From the IMG/VR virus record IMGVR_UViG_3300047510_002627, positions 56,752-120,751 of that record: 64,000 nucleotides of DNA; one strand, 5' to 3'. The stretch is from a virus. The position numbers and the translations under genes were made by a program. The notes beneath the pieces are model-generated. The model had not been told where the DNA came from. It did not search any database and saw only the letters and a list, made by a program, of their open reading frames with translations. This document shows positions 1 to 9,524 of this stretch, piece after piece. The first letter of the stretch is position 1. Each line of letters starts with the position of its first letter.

Positions 1-261
1 GACCCAGATAGTTATCTTTATGGCGGTTTAGATGCAAATATGAATTTGTATTCTGATGGAACTTTATTCATATTGAATAGTAATTTCAGGTTGAATCATC
101 AAATAAGATTTAGAAAAATGTTCCCATATAGATTATCGGAACTTTCTTTTGATGCAACAAATACAGATGAAGAGTACTTTACTGCTAGTGTGAGTTTTAA
201 ATATATGATGTATAATATAGCAGATGAAAAAGGATACATTAAACCAAAACGATATAGTTAA
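1..261 (+). CDS. gp3: Tail completion/tail-tube terminator gp3 (5' truncated by window)
   Basis: Frame is open from base 1; YSDGTL..LNSN...FDAT.TD..YFTA...FKY motif of cyanophage gp3; usual position before uvsY. Confidence 0.8.
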   Translation, partial: DPDSYLYGGLDANMNLYSDGTLFILNSNFRLNHQIRFRKMFPYRLSELSFDATNTDEEYFTASVSFKYMMYNIADEKGYIKPKRYS

Positions 262-263
262 TT

Positions 264-701
264 ATGGCAATTGATTTAGATCTTATACAGTCAATGTGGG
301 AAAAAGATTCAAAAATAGATATAGATAATCTTCATACAGAATCTTTAAATATTCCCGTATTGCATTCAAAATATTTTGATTTATATAATAAAATAACAAT
401 TCTCAGAACAAACGCAGAAAATAAGAAAAAAACAGTAAGAAAAAATCGTCATGAGTATTATACTGGAAAAGCGGATCCTGATGAGTATGTGGAAAATCCA
501 TTCCCTAAAAAAATCCGTGATAAAGAAACTTTACGACAATATTTGGATGCCGATGAATCACTTTCTCAGATCTCACTTAAAGTAGAATATTATGACATTA
601 TGCTTCGATATTTGGAAGATATAATTAAAACAATCCATAATCGCACTTATCAAATTAAAAATGCAATTGAATATCAAAAATTCATGAGTGGGTTGGGATA
701 A
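264..701 (+). CDS. uvsY: Recombination mediator UvsY
   Basis: LHSKY, YYTGKA, IKNAIE motifs; synteny gp3-uvsY-uvsW. Confidence 0.92.
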   Translation: MAIDLDLIQSMWEKDSKIDIDNLHTESLNIPVLHSKYFDLYNKITILRTNAENKKKTVRKNRHEYYTGKADPDEYVENPFPKKIRDKETLRQYLDADESLSQISLKVEYYDIMLRYLEDIIKTIHNRTYQIKNAIEYQKFMSGLG

Positions 702-734
702 CAAATCTAAATACATTAGTTATAGCAATACTTT

Positions 735-2201
735 ATGACTAATGTGACAATCACAAAAAAGAATGAGGTTTACATTAAGTTGGAATGTGAACCTCATGTT
801 TTATATGACTTAGAACCTCATTTCACATTTGATGTTGATGGGGCAAAGTTTATGCCGCATATGAGAAATAAGTATTGGGATGGGAAAATAAGGTTACTTA
901 GTACTCATACTGGAGAAGTTTATGCTGGACTTCTTGATAAAGTAATTGCTAAGTTAAAAAAATATGATTACGATTATACGTTTAAAGAAAACAAATATTA
1001 TGGTCTTCCATTTGAAGTAAACGATGAGATATGCCCAGAAGGGGTTGCAGACTACATGAAAAGTATTTGTAGTCACATTCCCTATGACTATCAAATTAAC
1101 GGTGTTTATGAGTGTCTGAGGTACAATAGAAAACTTATACTGAGTCCAACTGCATCTGGTAAGTCTTTAATGATTTATTCGATCATAAGATATTATGTTG
1201 CAAAGGGGAAAAGGATTCTTATTGTTTTTCCAACTACATCACTTGTCCGTCAAATGTTTAATGACTTTAAGGATTATGGTTGGAATGCTGATGAATATTG
1301 CCATTTGATTTATTCGGGTAAAGAGAAAAATACGGACATGCCCGTTACTCTTTCCACATGGCAATCTTTATATACTTTACCAAAAAGTTTCTTTGAAAAT
1401 TATGACTGTGTAATTGTAGATGAGGCGCATACTGCCAAGTCCAAATCATTAATAGACATTATGAAAAAATGTCATAATGCAAAGTATCGTTTTGGATTTA
1501 CTGGAACTCTTTCTGGAAGTAATACCCATGAGTGGGTTGTTTGTGGTTTATTTGGACCGCAGTATAAAACTATTGGAACATCTGAGATGATTGAGAAGGG
1601 AAGAGCATCTCAACTTGATATTAACTGCTTACTATTAAAACATAAACCTCAAAAATTTGATACGTATGAGGATGAAATACAATTTTTAATTACTAATGAC
1701 AAGAGAAATAAATTTATACGAAATCTTGCTCTTAGTTTAAAAGGAAATACTCTTGTTTTATTTTCAAGAGTAGAAACTCACGGACAGATACTATTTGATT
1801 TAATAAATAATCGTAAGGAAGAAAGTCGAAAGGTTTTCTTCGTTCATGGTGGAGTAGATGCAGAAGAACGAGAAGCAATAAGGCAAATTACTGAACAAGA
1901 AGATAATGCGATTATTGTTGCTTCTTATGGAGTGTTTAGCACTGGAATTTCTATAAAAAGACTTCACAATATAATTTTTGCATCACCTAGTAAATCAAGA
2001 ATAAGAAATCTTCAAAGTATTGGAAGAGTTTTAAGAAAGGGTAAAGACAAAGATAAAGCAACCCTTTATGACATTGCAGATGATACTACATACAATTCAA
2101 AGAAAAACTATACATTAAATCATTTTATAGAAAGAATTAAAATTTATGTCGAAGAAGATTTTAACTATGAAATAATACCAATCAATATAGGAGGAACCTA
2201 A
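735..2201 (+). CDS. uvsW: RNA-DNA/DNA helicase UvsW (SF2)
   Basis: SPTASGKS Walker A, DEAH, TGT, QSIGRVLR motifs. Confidence 0.96.
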   Translation: MTNVTITKKNEVYIKLECEPHVLYDLEPHFTFDVDGAKFMPHMRNKYWDGKIRLLSTHTGEVYAGLLDKVIAKLKKYDYDYTFKENKYYGLPFEVNDEICPEGVADYMKSICSHIPYDYQINGVYECLRYNRKLILSPTASGKSLMIYSIIRYYVAKGKRILIVFPTTSLVRQMFNDFKDYGWNADEYCHLIYSGKEKNTDMPVTLSTWQSLYTLPKSFFENYDCVIVDEAHTAKSKSLIDIMKKCHNAKYRFGFTGTLSGSNTHEWVVCGLFGPQYKTIGTSEMIEKGRASQLDINCLLLKHKPQKFDTYEDEIQFLITNDKRNKFIRNLALSLKGNTLVLFSRVETHGQILFDLINNRKEESRKVFFVHGGVDAEEREAIRQITEQEDNAIIVASYGVFSTGISIKRLHNIIFASPSKSRIRNLQSIGRVLRKGKDKDKATLYDIADDTTYNSKKNYTLNHFIERIKIYVEEDFNYEIIPINIGGT

Positions 2202-2202
2202 T

Positions 2203-2622
2203 ATGATGGAAGATGATTTTTATGCATCAATAAAATTAATCAGTGGTGAAGAAGTATTCGCAAGAGTAATGCCTTGCATAGAAAATGAAAATATTAATTT
2301 ACTTTTAAATAATCCTGTAACATTCTCTGAAATTAAAAACAGAAATGGAATGTGTGGATATAAAATAGAACCATGGTTAAAAACTTCAAGAGAAGATTTA
2401 ATTATGGTAAATATGGAAAGAGTAATTACTATTTGCGAAAGTACTGATACTGAAATGATACAATTGCATCAATCATTTGTAGATAAGTATCAAAGTATAA
2501 AACACAAAAAACTCAGTAAAGGTAATGTGACTAGAAAGATGGGTTACATTGCTAATATAAAGGAAGCAAAAAATCTCCTTGAAAAGATCTATAAAAAATC
2601 CCCAGATAAACCAAGTATTTAA
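2203..2622 (+). CDS. Conserved T4-like cyanophage protein (KLxSGEE, putative Sm-like fold)
   Basis: IKLISGEEVFA motif; conserved position between uvsW and gp55. Confidence 0.7.
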   Translation: MMEDDFYASIKLISGEEVFARVMPCIENENINLLLNNPVTFSEIKNRNGMCGYKIEPWLKTSREDLIMVNMERVITICESTDTEMIQLHQSFVDKYQSIKHKKLSKGNVTRKMGYIANIKEAKNLLEKIYKKSPDKPSI

Positions 2623-2654
2623 AGATATTAAATTATCTCAAAGGCGACAAACCT

Positions 2655-2683
2655 AGTCTACTTGCTTTTTGCCCATTTGTCAA
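2655..2683 (-). promoter_or_regulatory. sigma70-type promoter on the minus strand, divergent from the gp55 promoter
   Basis: Reverse complement reads TTGACA-17 nt-TAGACT. Confidence 0.65.
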
Positions 2684-2687
2684 GTAC

Positions 2688-2716
2688 TTGCAATATTGAT
2701 GTTAAAATGTTATGAT
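2688..2716 (+). promoter_or_regulatory. sigma70-type promoter for gp55
   Basis: TTGCAA-17 nt-TATGAT. Confidence 0.65.
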
Positions 2717-2742
2717 GTCTACATAGTAAATTAGTAATTTTT

Positions 2743-3240
2743 ATGGCATACGGCAGTATCATGACTAAGAGGAAGAGGTCAGTTCATTACGTTAATAACA
2801 AAGATTTTTTGGAAGCTCTGATCAAATATAGAGAAGAAGTTGATTTAGCGGAGCAAAGAGGTGATCCAAAACCAAGAATAAACAATTATCTTGGAGAATG
2901 TTTCTTAAAGATTGCTACTCATCTATCTTTCAAACCTAATTTTGTAAATTATATTTTTAAAGATGATATGATTTCTGATGGGATTGAGAATTGTATTCAA
3001 TATATTCATAATTTTAATCCAGAAAAATCAAAGAATCCATTTGCATATTTTACTCAAATTATTCACTACGCATTTTTGAGAAGAATTCAAAGAGAAAAGC
3101 GTCAACTAGAAATTAAAAATAAAATTCTTGAACGAACTGGATATGATGAAGTGTTTCATGATGATTCCAGTATTGACGGAATGAACTATAGCGACTATAA
3201 TTCTATTAAGGACTCTGTTCACTCAAAACTTCGTAATTGA
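2743..3240 (+). CDS. gp55: Late-transcription sigma factor gp55 (start may be 2761)
   Basis: HYVNNKDFL, DDMISDGIENC, NPFAYFTQI motifs. Confidence 0.96.
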   Translation: MAYGSIMTKRKRSVHYVNNKDFLEALIKYREEVDLAEQRGDPKPRINNYLGECFLKIATHLSFKPNFVNYIFKDDMISDGIENCIQYIHNFNPEKSKNPFAYFTQIIHYAFLRRIQREKRQLEIKNKILERTGYDEVFHDDSSIDGMNYSDYNSIKDSVHSKLRN

Positions 3241-4278
3241 ATGAAAGTAGCAATTATTACTGATCAACACTTTGGAGCAAGGAAAAACTCTAAAATGTTT
3301 CATGAGCATTTTCTAAAATTTTATGAAAATGTTTTTTTCCCAACACTAGAATCCGAAGGTATTGCCACTGTCATAGACATGGGTGATACCTTTGATAGTC
3401 GTAAAGGAATTGATTTTTCTGCTCTTGCTTGGGCAAAAAATCATTACTATGATAAACTCCAAGAAATGGGGGTAAAGGTTCATACAATTGTTGGAAATCA
3501 TACTGCTTATTATAAGAATACAAATGAAATTAATGCAGTAGATTTGCTTCTAAGAGAATATTCAAATATAACAGTATACAGTAACCCAACAGAAATTAAG
3601 ATTGGAAATCTTGATGTTTTGTTATTGCCATGGATAAATGAAGAAAATGAAAAAGAAACTTACTCACTTATTGAAACTACATCTTGCATTTGTGCGATGG
3701 GGCACCTTGAGTTCTCGGGATTTAGAGTTAATTCGCAAATCGTCATGGAGCATGGTCTTTCAAGCAAATTATTTAAAAAGTTCAAACGTGTCTACTCGGG
3801 ACACTATCACACTAGATCGAATGATGGAAAAATTTTCTACTTAGGAAATCCATATGAAATTTATTGGACTGATGTTTACGATAAGAGAGGATTCACAATC
3901 TTTGATACAGAAACTCTTAAACATCAATCCATAGATAATCCTTATAATATTTTTGAAATTGTTTATTATGGAGAAGATACAACTCCAATTGAAAATAACG
4001 ATTACGAAAATAAAATTGTAAAAGTTATTGTAAAGCAAAAAGATAATCAACTTAAGTTTGAAAAATTTTTAGATAATTTGTATTCTCAAAATCCGGCAGA
4101 AGTTAAAATTGTTGAAAATTTTGAAATCAATATTAAAGACTTTGAAGAAGATATTGAATCTGAAGATACGGTCTCTATCTTAGATAGATATATTCAGGAT
4201 TCTGAAATTGATATGGATAAATCTAAAATTAGATCTATTATCAGGGAAATCTACAAGGAGTCGTGCGAGATGATTTAA
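3241..4278 (+). CDS. gp47: Recombination endonuclease subunit gp47 (Mre11/SbcD-like)
   Basis: DQHFG, GDTFD, GNH, SGHYH metallophosphoesterase motifs. Confidence 0.95.
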   Translation: MKVAIITDQHFGARKNSKMFHEHFLKFYENVFFPTLESEGIATVIDMGDTFDSRKGIDFSALAWAKNHYYDKLQEMGVKVHTIVGNHTAYYKNTNEINAVDLLLREYSNITVYSNPTEIKIGNLDVLLLPWINEENEKETYSLIETTSCICAMGHLEFSGFRVNSQIVMEHGLSSKLFKKFKRVYSGHYHTRSNDGKIFYLGNPYEIYWTDVYDKRGFTIFDTETLKHQSIDNPYNIFEIVYYGEDTTPIENNDYENKIVKVIVKQKDNQLKFEKFLDNLYSQNPAEVKIVENFEINIKDFEEDIESEDTVSILDRYIQDSEIDMDKSKIRSIIREIYKESCEMI

Positions 4279-4279
4279 C

Positions 4280-4558
4280 ATGTATATAATAACATTGGAT
4301 GGTAGAGAAGAAGAAGGCGCTTATTCAGTCACAAATGAACATGGAGAACAAGTTCTTTACATTTTTGAAGAAGAAGATGATGCAATTCGATTTGCCATGA
4401 TGTTAGAAGATGATAGAAACTATCCTCCCATGCACGTTATTGAAGTTGATGATGACGCAATACTGACTGCATGTAGAGAACATGATTATGAGTATAATAT
4501 ATTTTCACAACATGATTTTGTAATTCCTCCTGACGAAGAAGAAAATGATTTTATTTGA
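4280..4558 (+). CDS. Conserved acidic cyanophage protein
   Basis: FEEEDDAIRFAMML motif; lies between gp47 and gp46. Confidence 0.7.
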   Translation: MYIITLDGREEEGAYSVTNEHGEQVLYIFEEEDDAIRFAMMLEDDRNYPPMHVIEVDDDAILTACREHDYEYNIFSQHDFVIPPDEEENDFI

Positions 4559-6257
4559 AACAATTCGATGGAAAAACTTTTTAAGCACTGGAGATCAGTT
4601 TATTGAAGTTAATTTTTTAAAAGATCAAACAACATTAATTGTTGGTCAAAATGGTGCAGGAAAAAGTACTATTTTGGATGCTCTCACATTTGTTTTATTT
4701 GGTAAATCTTTTCGTGGAATTAACAAACCACAATTGATCAATTCTACAAATGAAAAAGAGTGTGTTGTTGAAATTGAATTCAAAATTGGATCTGTAAATT
4801 GGAAAGTTAAAAGGGGAATAAAACCTTCAATATTTGTTATTGAAAGAAATGGCAAAGAGTTGGATCAGCAACATTCATCCGCAGAACAGCAAAAGTGGTT
4901 TGAACAAACTGTTCTTAAAATGAATTATAAATCATTCACTCAAGTGGTAATTATTGGAAGCAGTAATTTTGTTCCATTTATGCAGTTAACTTCTGTTAAT
5001 CGTAGAGAAGTTATTGAAGATCTTCTTGACATTAAAATCTTTTCTTCAATGAATTCATTGATTAAAGATAAAATAAAATTGACTAAAGATGAAATTAGAA
5101 CTTTAGAACTCAAAAGAGATTCTTTGAGAGACAAAGTTGAAATGCAGGAAGATTTTATTAAAAAAATTAAAAATGAAGGAAATAATAAAGTTAAAGAATT
5201 AGAACAAGAAATTGAAGAGATCATATCTCAAGAAAAAGTGTCAATATCTTATAATAATAAGTATGAAGAAGAAATTATCTATCTTCAAAATAAGATGGAA
5301 GAACTTTCGTATTCTAAAGACACTTTAAAAAAACTTACAAATATTAAAGGTAAGTTGTCACAAAAAGTAGTAACGATTACTGAAGAGCATGAGTTTTTCC
5401 GTAATAATTCGGTATGCCCTACCTGCACACAAAATATAGAAGAATCTTTTAGATTAAATAGAATTAGTGATGCCATAAACAAGGCAAAAGAACTGCAATC
5501 TGGTTATGAAGAACTTGAGCAGACTATTCGTGATGAAGAAATTAAAGAAGATCATTTCCTTCAAATTTCAAAAGAAGTCACTAACTTAACACATGAAATT
5601 TCTCAAAATAATCTTAGGATCACTGGATTCCAACGGAGAATCAGAGATAATGAAAAAGAAATTCAAAGAATTACCAATGACCTGGAAAATGAAAATTCTG
5701 AATATGAAAAGTTAGAGGATTTTAAGAAAAGACTTAATACTATTTTTGAAGAATTGTCCGAGAAAAAGGAAACAAATTCATACTATGAATATTGTTATAG
5801 TCTTTTAAAGGATTCGGGAGTAAAAACTCAAATCATCAAAAAATATCTACCATTCATTAACCAACAGGTGAATAGATATCTTCAGATGATGGATTTTTAT
5901 ATCAATTTTTCTCTTGATGAAGAGTTTAACGAAACGATTCAATCACCGATTCACGAAGATTTTACCTATGGGTCTTTTAGTGAAGGTGAACGACAAAGAA
6001 TTGACTTAGCACTTTTGTTCACTTGGAGAGAAGTTGCTAAATTTAAAAATTCTACAAATACTAATCTATTAATTATGGATGAGGTATTTGATAGTTCTCT
6101 TGATGGTAATGGAACTGAAGAATTTATTAAAATTCTTCGTTATGTTGTTCAAGATGCAAACACTTTTGTCATATCTCATAAAGTTGGTATGGAAGATAGG
6201 TTTGAAAGTGTGCTAAAATTTGAAAAGTATAAAGGATTTAGTAGAGTTGTAAAATGA
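4545..6257 (+). CDS. gp46: Recombination ATPase subunit gp46 (Rad50/SbcC-like)
   Basis: GQNGAGKST, CPTC zinc hook, FSEGE signature, DEVFD. Confidence 0.96.
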   Translation: MILFETIRWKNFLSTGDQFIEVNFLKDQTTLIVGQNGAGKSTILDALTFVLFGKSFRGINKPQLINSTNEKECVVEIEFKIGSVNWKVKRGIKPSIFVIERNGKELDQQHSSAEQQKWFEQTVLKMNYKSFTQVVIIGSSNFVPFMQLTSVNRREVIEDLLDIKIFSSMNSLIKDKIKLTKDEIRTLELKRDSLRDKVEMQEDFIKKIKNEGNNKVKELEQEIEEIISQEKVSISYNNKYEEEIIYLQNKMEELSYSKDTLKKLTNIKGKLSQKVVTITEEHEFFRNNSVCPTCTQNIEESFRLNRISDAINKAKELQSGYEELEQTIRDEEIKEDHFLQISKEVTNLTHEISQNNLRITGFQRRIRDNEKEIQRITNDLENENSEYEKLEDFKKRLNTIFEELSEKKETNSYYEYCYSLLKDSGVKTQIIKKYLPFINQQVNRYLQMMDFYINFSLDEEFNETIQSPIHEDFTYGSFSEGERQRIDLALLFTWREVAKFKNSTNTNLLIMDEVFDSSLDGNGTEEFIKILRYVVQDANTFVISHKVGMEDRFESVLKFEKYKGFSRVVK

Positions 6258-7069
6258 GTAAACTAACTGAAATTGTAACTGTAGGAATTATTGGAAACGG
6301 ATTTGTTGGAAATGCAGTATATCAAAACTTTAGGGATAAAGTAACCTGTAAAGTTTATGATGTTGATGCAAATAGATCACTTAATACATTGTCTGAAGTA
6401 TTATCATGTGATTTTATTTTTGTTTGTCTTCCAACACCAATGAAATCTGGCGGGCAGTGCGACCTTTCTATTTTAGATAACTTTTTTGCTACTTGCTCCA
6501 CAAATATAAATGGCATATTTATCATTAAATCCACAGTTCCAATTGGAACTACTAAAAAGTATTCTCAAATGGGATTTAATGTTGTTCATAATCCAGAGTT
6601 TTTGACTGCAAGAAATGCAGTGGAGGACTTTAAAAACTCTGAGAGAAATGTTATTGGTGGTGATCTTAAATTGGTAGAAAAGGTTGATACCTTATTTGTG
6701 AATACTTTTCATTACATTCCTTCTATCTACACAACATCCGATGAGAGTGAGGCAATTAAATACTTTGCAAATAGTTTCTTAGCATATAAGGTAGCATATT
6801 TCAATAAGATCTATGACTTGTGCCAAGCAACTGGAATGGATTATGATACAGTATGCAATGGTGTCACCACAGACAGCAGAATCGGATCATCCCACACAAA
6901 AGTCCCTGGTATTGACAATGACAGAGGTTTTGGAGGAACATGCTTCCCGAAAGATCTGAATTCCCTGATAGTTCAGATGGAATCCCACGGAGTCAATGCC
7001 GATATGCTAAAATCTGTCTGGTCCTACAATCAAGAAATTCGCACGGTCATCGACTGGCCGACTACCTAA
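6254..7069 (+). CDS. Short UDP-glucose/GDP-mannose dehydrogenase family protein
   Basis: GNGFVG, KSTVPIGT, NPEFL, GFGGTCFPKD (catalytic Cys); only 271 aa. Confidence 0.85.
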   Translation: MSKLTEIVTVGIIGNGFVGNAVYQNFRDKVTCKVYDVDANRSLNTLSEVLSCDFIFVCLPTPMKSGGQCDLSILDNFFATCSTNINGIFIIKSTVPIGTTKKYSQMGFNVVHNPEFLTARNAVEDFKNSERNVIGGDLKLVEKVDTLFVNTFHYIPSIYTTSDESEAIKYFANSFLAYKVAYFNKIYDLCQATGMDYDTVCNGVTTDSRIGSSHTKVPGIDNDRGFGGTCFPKDLNSLIVQMESHGVNADMLKSVWSYNQEIRTVIDWPTT

Positions 7070-7070
7070 C

Positions 7071-7259
7071 ATGAAAGTCCCTAATTGGCAACATCATTCC
7101 AAGAAGGATCAAAAACGGAAACTGAAACCTCAGGCACTCCGACAAGCAAAAGCACGACTGAGACACTTTAAAAAGTGTCACATGACCTCCCCGAAACGGG
7201 AGGTTTTTTCGTGTATACTGATTTCAGTCGAACGAACCCACCATGTCTGTCAACTATGA
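7071..7259 (+). CDS. Small basic hypothetical protein
   Basis: NWQHHSKK..KRKLKPQALRQAK; its 3' part overlaps promoter/terminator elements. Confidence 0.55.
   Translation: MKVPNWQHHSKKDQKRKLKPQALRQAKARLRHFKKCHMTSPKREVFSCILISVERTHHVCQL
7162..7219 (+). promoter_or_regulatory. Cyanomyovirus early-type promoter (palindrome + TATACT) with an embedded terminator hairpin
   Basis: GACACTTTAAAAAGTGTC palindrome at 7162-7179, ACCTCCC..GGGAGGT+T-run, TATACT at 7214-7219; similar element at 9441. Confidence 0.65.
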
Positions 7260-9438
7260 AGTAAAGGGCGGCGTTGCCCGCATCCTTGCAACTGAAAACT
7301 TGATTGTTGAGCACCGCAAGTGCCAAACTGCTCAATTCAATGTTCAAACCCGTGTTCTAACTCTCCCAATGTGGGATCGAGCATCTGAAGAAGTATTTGA
7401 TCTCCTCGTTGCCCATGAAGTTGGACATGCTCTTTACACCCCCGATGTCAATTGGATTGTTGATCGTAAAATTCCTCCAGGTTATGTGAACGTAGTTGAA
7501 GATGCTCGCATCGAGAAATTGATGAAGCGTCGTTATCCTGGACTCCCTAAAACCTTTTATCGTGGTTATTCTCAAATGCATGAGGATGACTTCTTTGAAC
7601 TCAAAGATGACAAGATTGATACTTTTAGTTTGATTGATCGTATTAATCTTTATTTTAAAATCGGCAATTTCCTGGATCTTCACTTTGATAGTGTTGAGCA
7701 ACGGTTTGTTGACATGGTTGAAAATGCAGAAACTTTTGATGAAGTGTTGAATATTTCTGAGGAAATTTACAACTATTCTAAAAAAGAAAAGGAAGTAGTC
7801 AAGGAAAACGTTCCTGCACAAGTCGATCTCACCCAGGAATCTGGTGGTGCTGGGGATTTTTGTGAACCTCAAGTTCCTCAAGAATCTGGTGATTCTGACG
7901 AAGGGGAGGAGAAAGATAGTGGAGAAGATTCTACTGAAAATAGTGGTGCTCTAAATCCAGATTTTGAATCTTCTAGCGGTGATCAACCTAAAAGTACTAA
8001 TGATTCCACTGATTCATCTGCAGGAAAGGGCGATGAAGAAAAGTCTATTACTGATGAAATTCTGAATCGCAAACTTTCATCTTTGATCAATGATAATGCT
8101 CAACATGATAATTTGTATCTTGAATTTCCTGAATTTAAACTTGAATCCTTTGTGGCATCGAACAATGAAATTCATCAATATTTGAGTGGAGAATTTGCTG
8201 CTCAGCAAGAGCATTGTCCTGTTTACATTAATGGGGAATCTATTTTTTATAATGCAGACCAAACTTATCAAGAATACAAATCTTCTTGCATGAAAGAAGT
8301 GAATTATCTTGTCAAAGAATTTGAATGTAAAAAAGCAGCAGATTCTTATTCCCGTGCTTCTGTATCTAAAACTGGAGTTTTGGATTGCAATAAACTACAC
8401 ACGTATAAGTTGACGGATGACATCTTTAAAAAGGTGACTACCATTCCAGATGGTAAGAATCATGGATTGATTTTTATTCTTGATTGGTCTGGTTCTATGG
8501 GAAATACTATTCTTCCTACTCTGAAACAACTTTACAATCTTATCAATTTCTGTAAAAAGTGTTCAATTCCTTTTGATGTATATGCTTTTACTCAGAATTG
8601 GAAAACGGCACCTATTGATGTGAATCCATATGTTCGTAAAAATGGAACCATGAAAATGGACATCGAATTCTCTCTCATGAATTTGTTTACAAGTTCTGTT
8701 AGCAATCGTGAGTTGGAAAAGCAAATGAAGAATATTTGGAGGGTTGTATATGCTCTTAAAAACTGGACTCCGTATTCTTATCCTGCTCGTCTCAGTCTTT
8801 CTGGGACTCCTTTGAATGAAACCATGATGTGTCTTCGTAAAATTATCCCCCAATTTCAAAAAAAGAATAAAGCACAAAAGGTTCATTGCATTGTTTTGAC
8901 TGATGGTGAAGGTAATCCTTTGAATTATGATAAGGAAGTTCCTTCTCGTAATAATCCTAATGAAGCTTATCTTGGAAATGGTTCGGTTTTTTATCACAAT
9001 GGTAATGTCTTTCTTCGTAATCGTGTTACTGGAAAAGTTCGCAAATTCCTAAAACATGCCCCTTACAGTCATCAAGACACTATTCTTCAATCCATTAAAG
9101 ACGAATTTCCGAGTGTAAACTTCATTGCTTTTCGTATTGTTGAAAGTGGGCATGATGTGAATAAACTTCTGGATCAATATGTTCCTTTTTCAGAAAATGA
9201 CAAAAAGTATAAAGTTCTTGATATTTGGAAAAAGTTTAAAACATTTAGTATTGATTCTACTCCTTATGACAAATATTTTGGACTTGGTAATTCTCAATTG
9301 AATAACACGGTTGACCATTTGGAACAACTTGAAGATGGTGCAACTAAGATTCAAATTCGTAATGCAATGCGTAAAACTCTTTCTACTAAAAAAATGAACA
9401 AGAAAATCCTTTCGGAGTTTATCGAACTGGTCGCATAG
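7243..9438 (+). CDS. CobT-like protein: N-terminal HEXXH metallopeptidase-like domain, acidic linker, C-terminal VWA domain
   Basis: AHEVGH and NVVEDARIE; MIDAS DWSGS..GTP..LTDG; directly upstream of an AAA+ ATPase. Confidence 0.85.
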   Translation: MSVNYEVKGGVARILATENLIVEHRKCQTAQFNVQTRVLTLPMWDRASEEVFDLLVAHEVGHALYTPDVNWIVDRKIPPGYVNVVEDARIEKLMKRRYPGLPKTFYRGYSQMHEDDFFELKDDKIDTFSLIDRINLYFKIGNFLDLHFDSVEQRFVDMVENAETFDEVLNISEEIYNYSKKEKEVVKENVPAQVDLTQESGGAGDFCEPQVPQESGDSDEGEEKDSGEDSTENSGALNPDFESSSGDQPKSTNDSTDSSAGKGDEEKSITDEILNRKLSSLINDNAQHDNLYLEFPEFKLESFVASNNEIHQYLSGEFAAQQEHCPVYINGESIFYNADQTYQEYKSSCMKEVNYLVKEFECKKAADSYSRASVSKTGVLDCNKLHTYKLTDDIFKKVTTIPDGKNHGLIFILDWSGSMGNTILPTLKQLYNLINFCKKCSIPFDVYAFTQNWKTAPIDVNPYVRKNGTMKMDIEFSLMNLFTSSVSNRELEKQMKNIWRVVYALKNWTPYSYPARLSLSGTPLNETMMCLRKIIPQFQKKNKAQKVHCIVLTDGEGNPLNYDKEVPSRNNPNEAYLGNGSVFYHNGNVFLRNRVTGKVRKFLKHAPYSHQDTILQSIKDEFPSVNFIAFRIVESGHDVNKLLDQYVPFSENDKKYKVLDIWKKFKTFSIDSTPYDKYFGLGNSQLNNTVDHLEQLEDGATKIQIRNAMRKTLSTKKMNKKILSEFIELVA

Positions 9439-9440
9439 TG

Positions 9441-9497
9441 GACAGTTCGCAGGGTGTCCACTCTGGACACCCACCACCCCCATCCATGCTCTATACT
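9441..9497 (+). promoter_or_regulatory. Second early-type palindromic promoter, upstream of cobS
   Basis: GTGGACA-N10-TGTCCAC inverted repeat; TATACT at 9492-9497. Confidence 0.65.
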
Positions 9498-9524
9498 TAC
9501 TTCAGTTCAAACAAACACCACCAA

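Noticed and set aside
9438-9524. N-terminal extension of CobS in the ORF track (likewise extended starts at 10676, 15874, 16393, 37462, 54476)
   Set aside because: The extensions run through promoter/terminator DNA or an upstream gene, and the downstream ATGs fit better.
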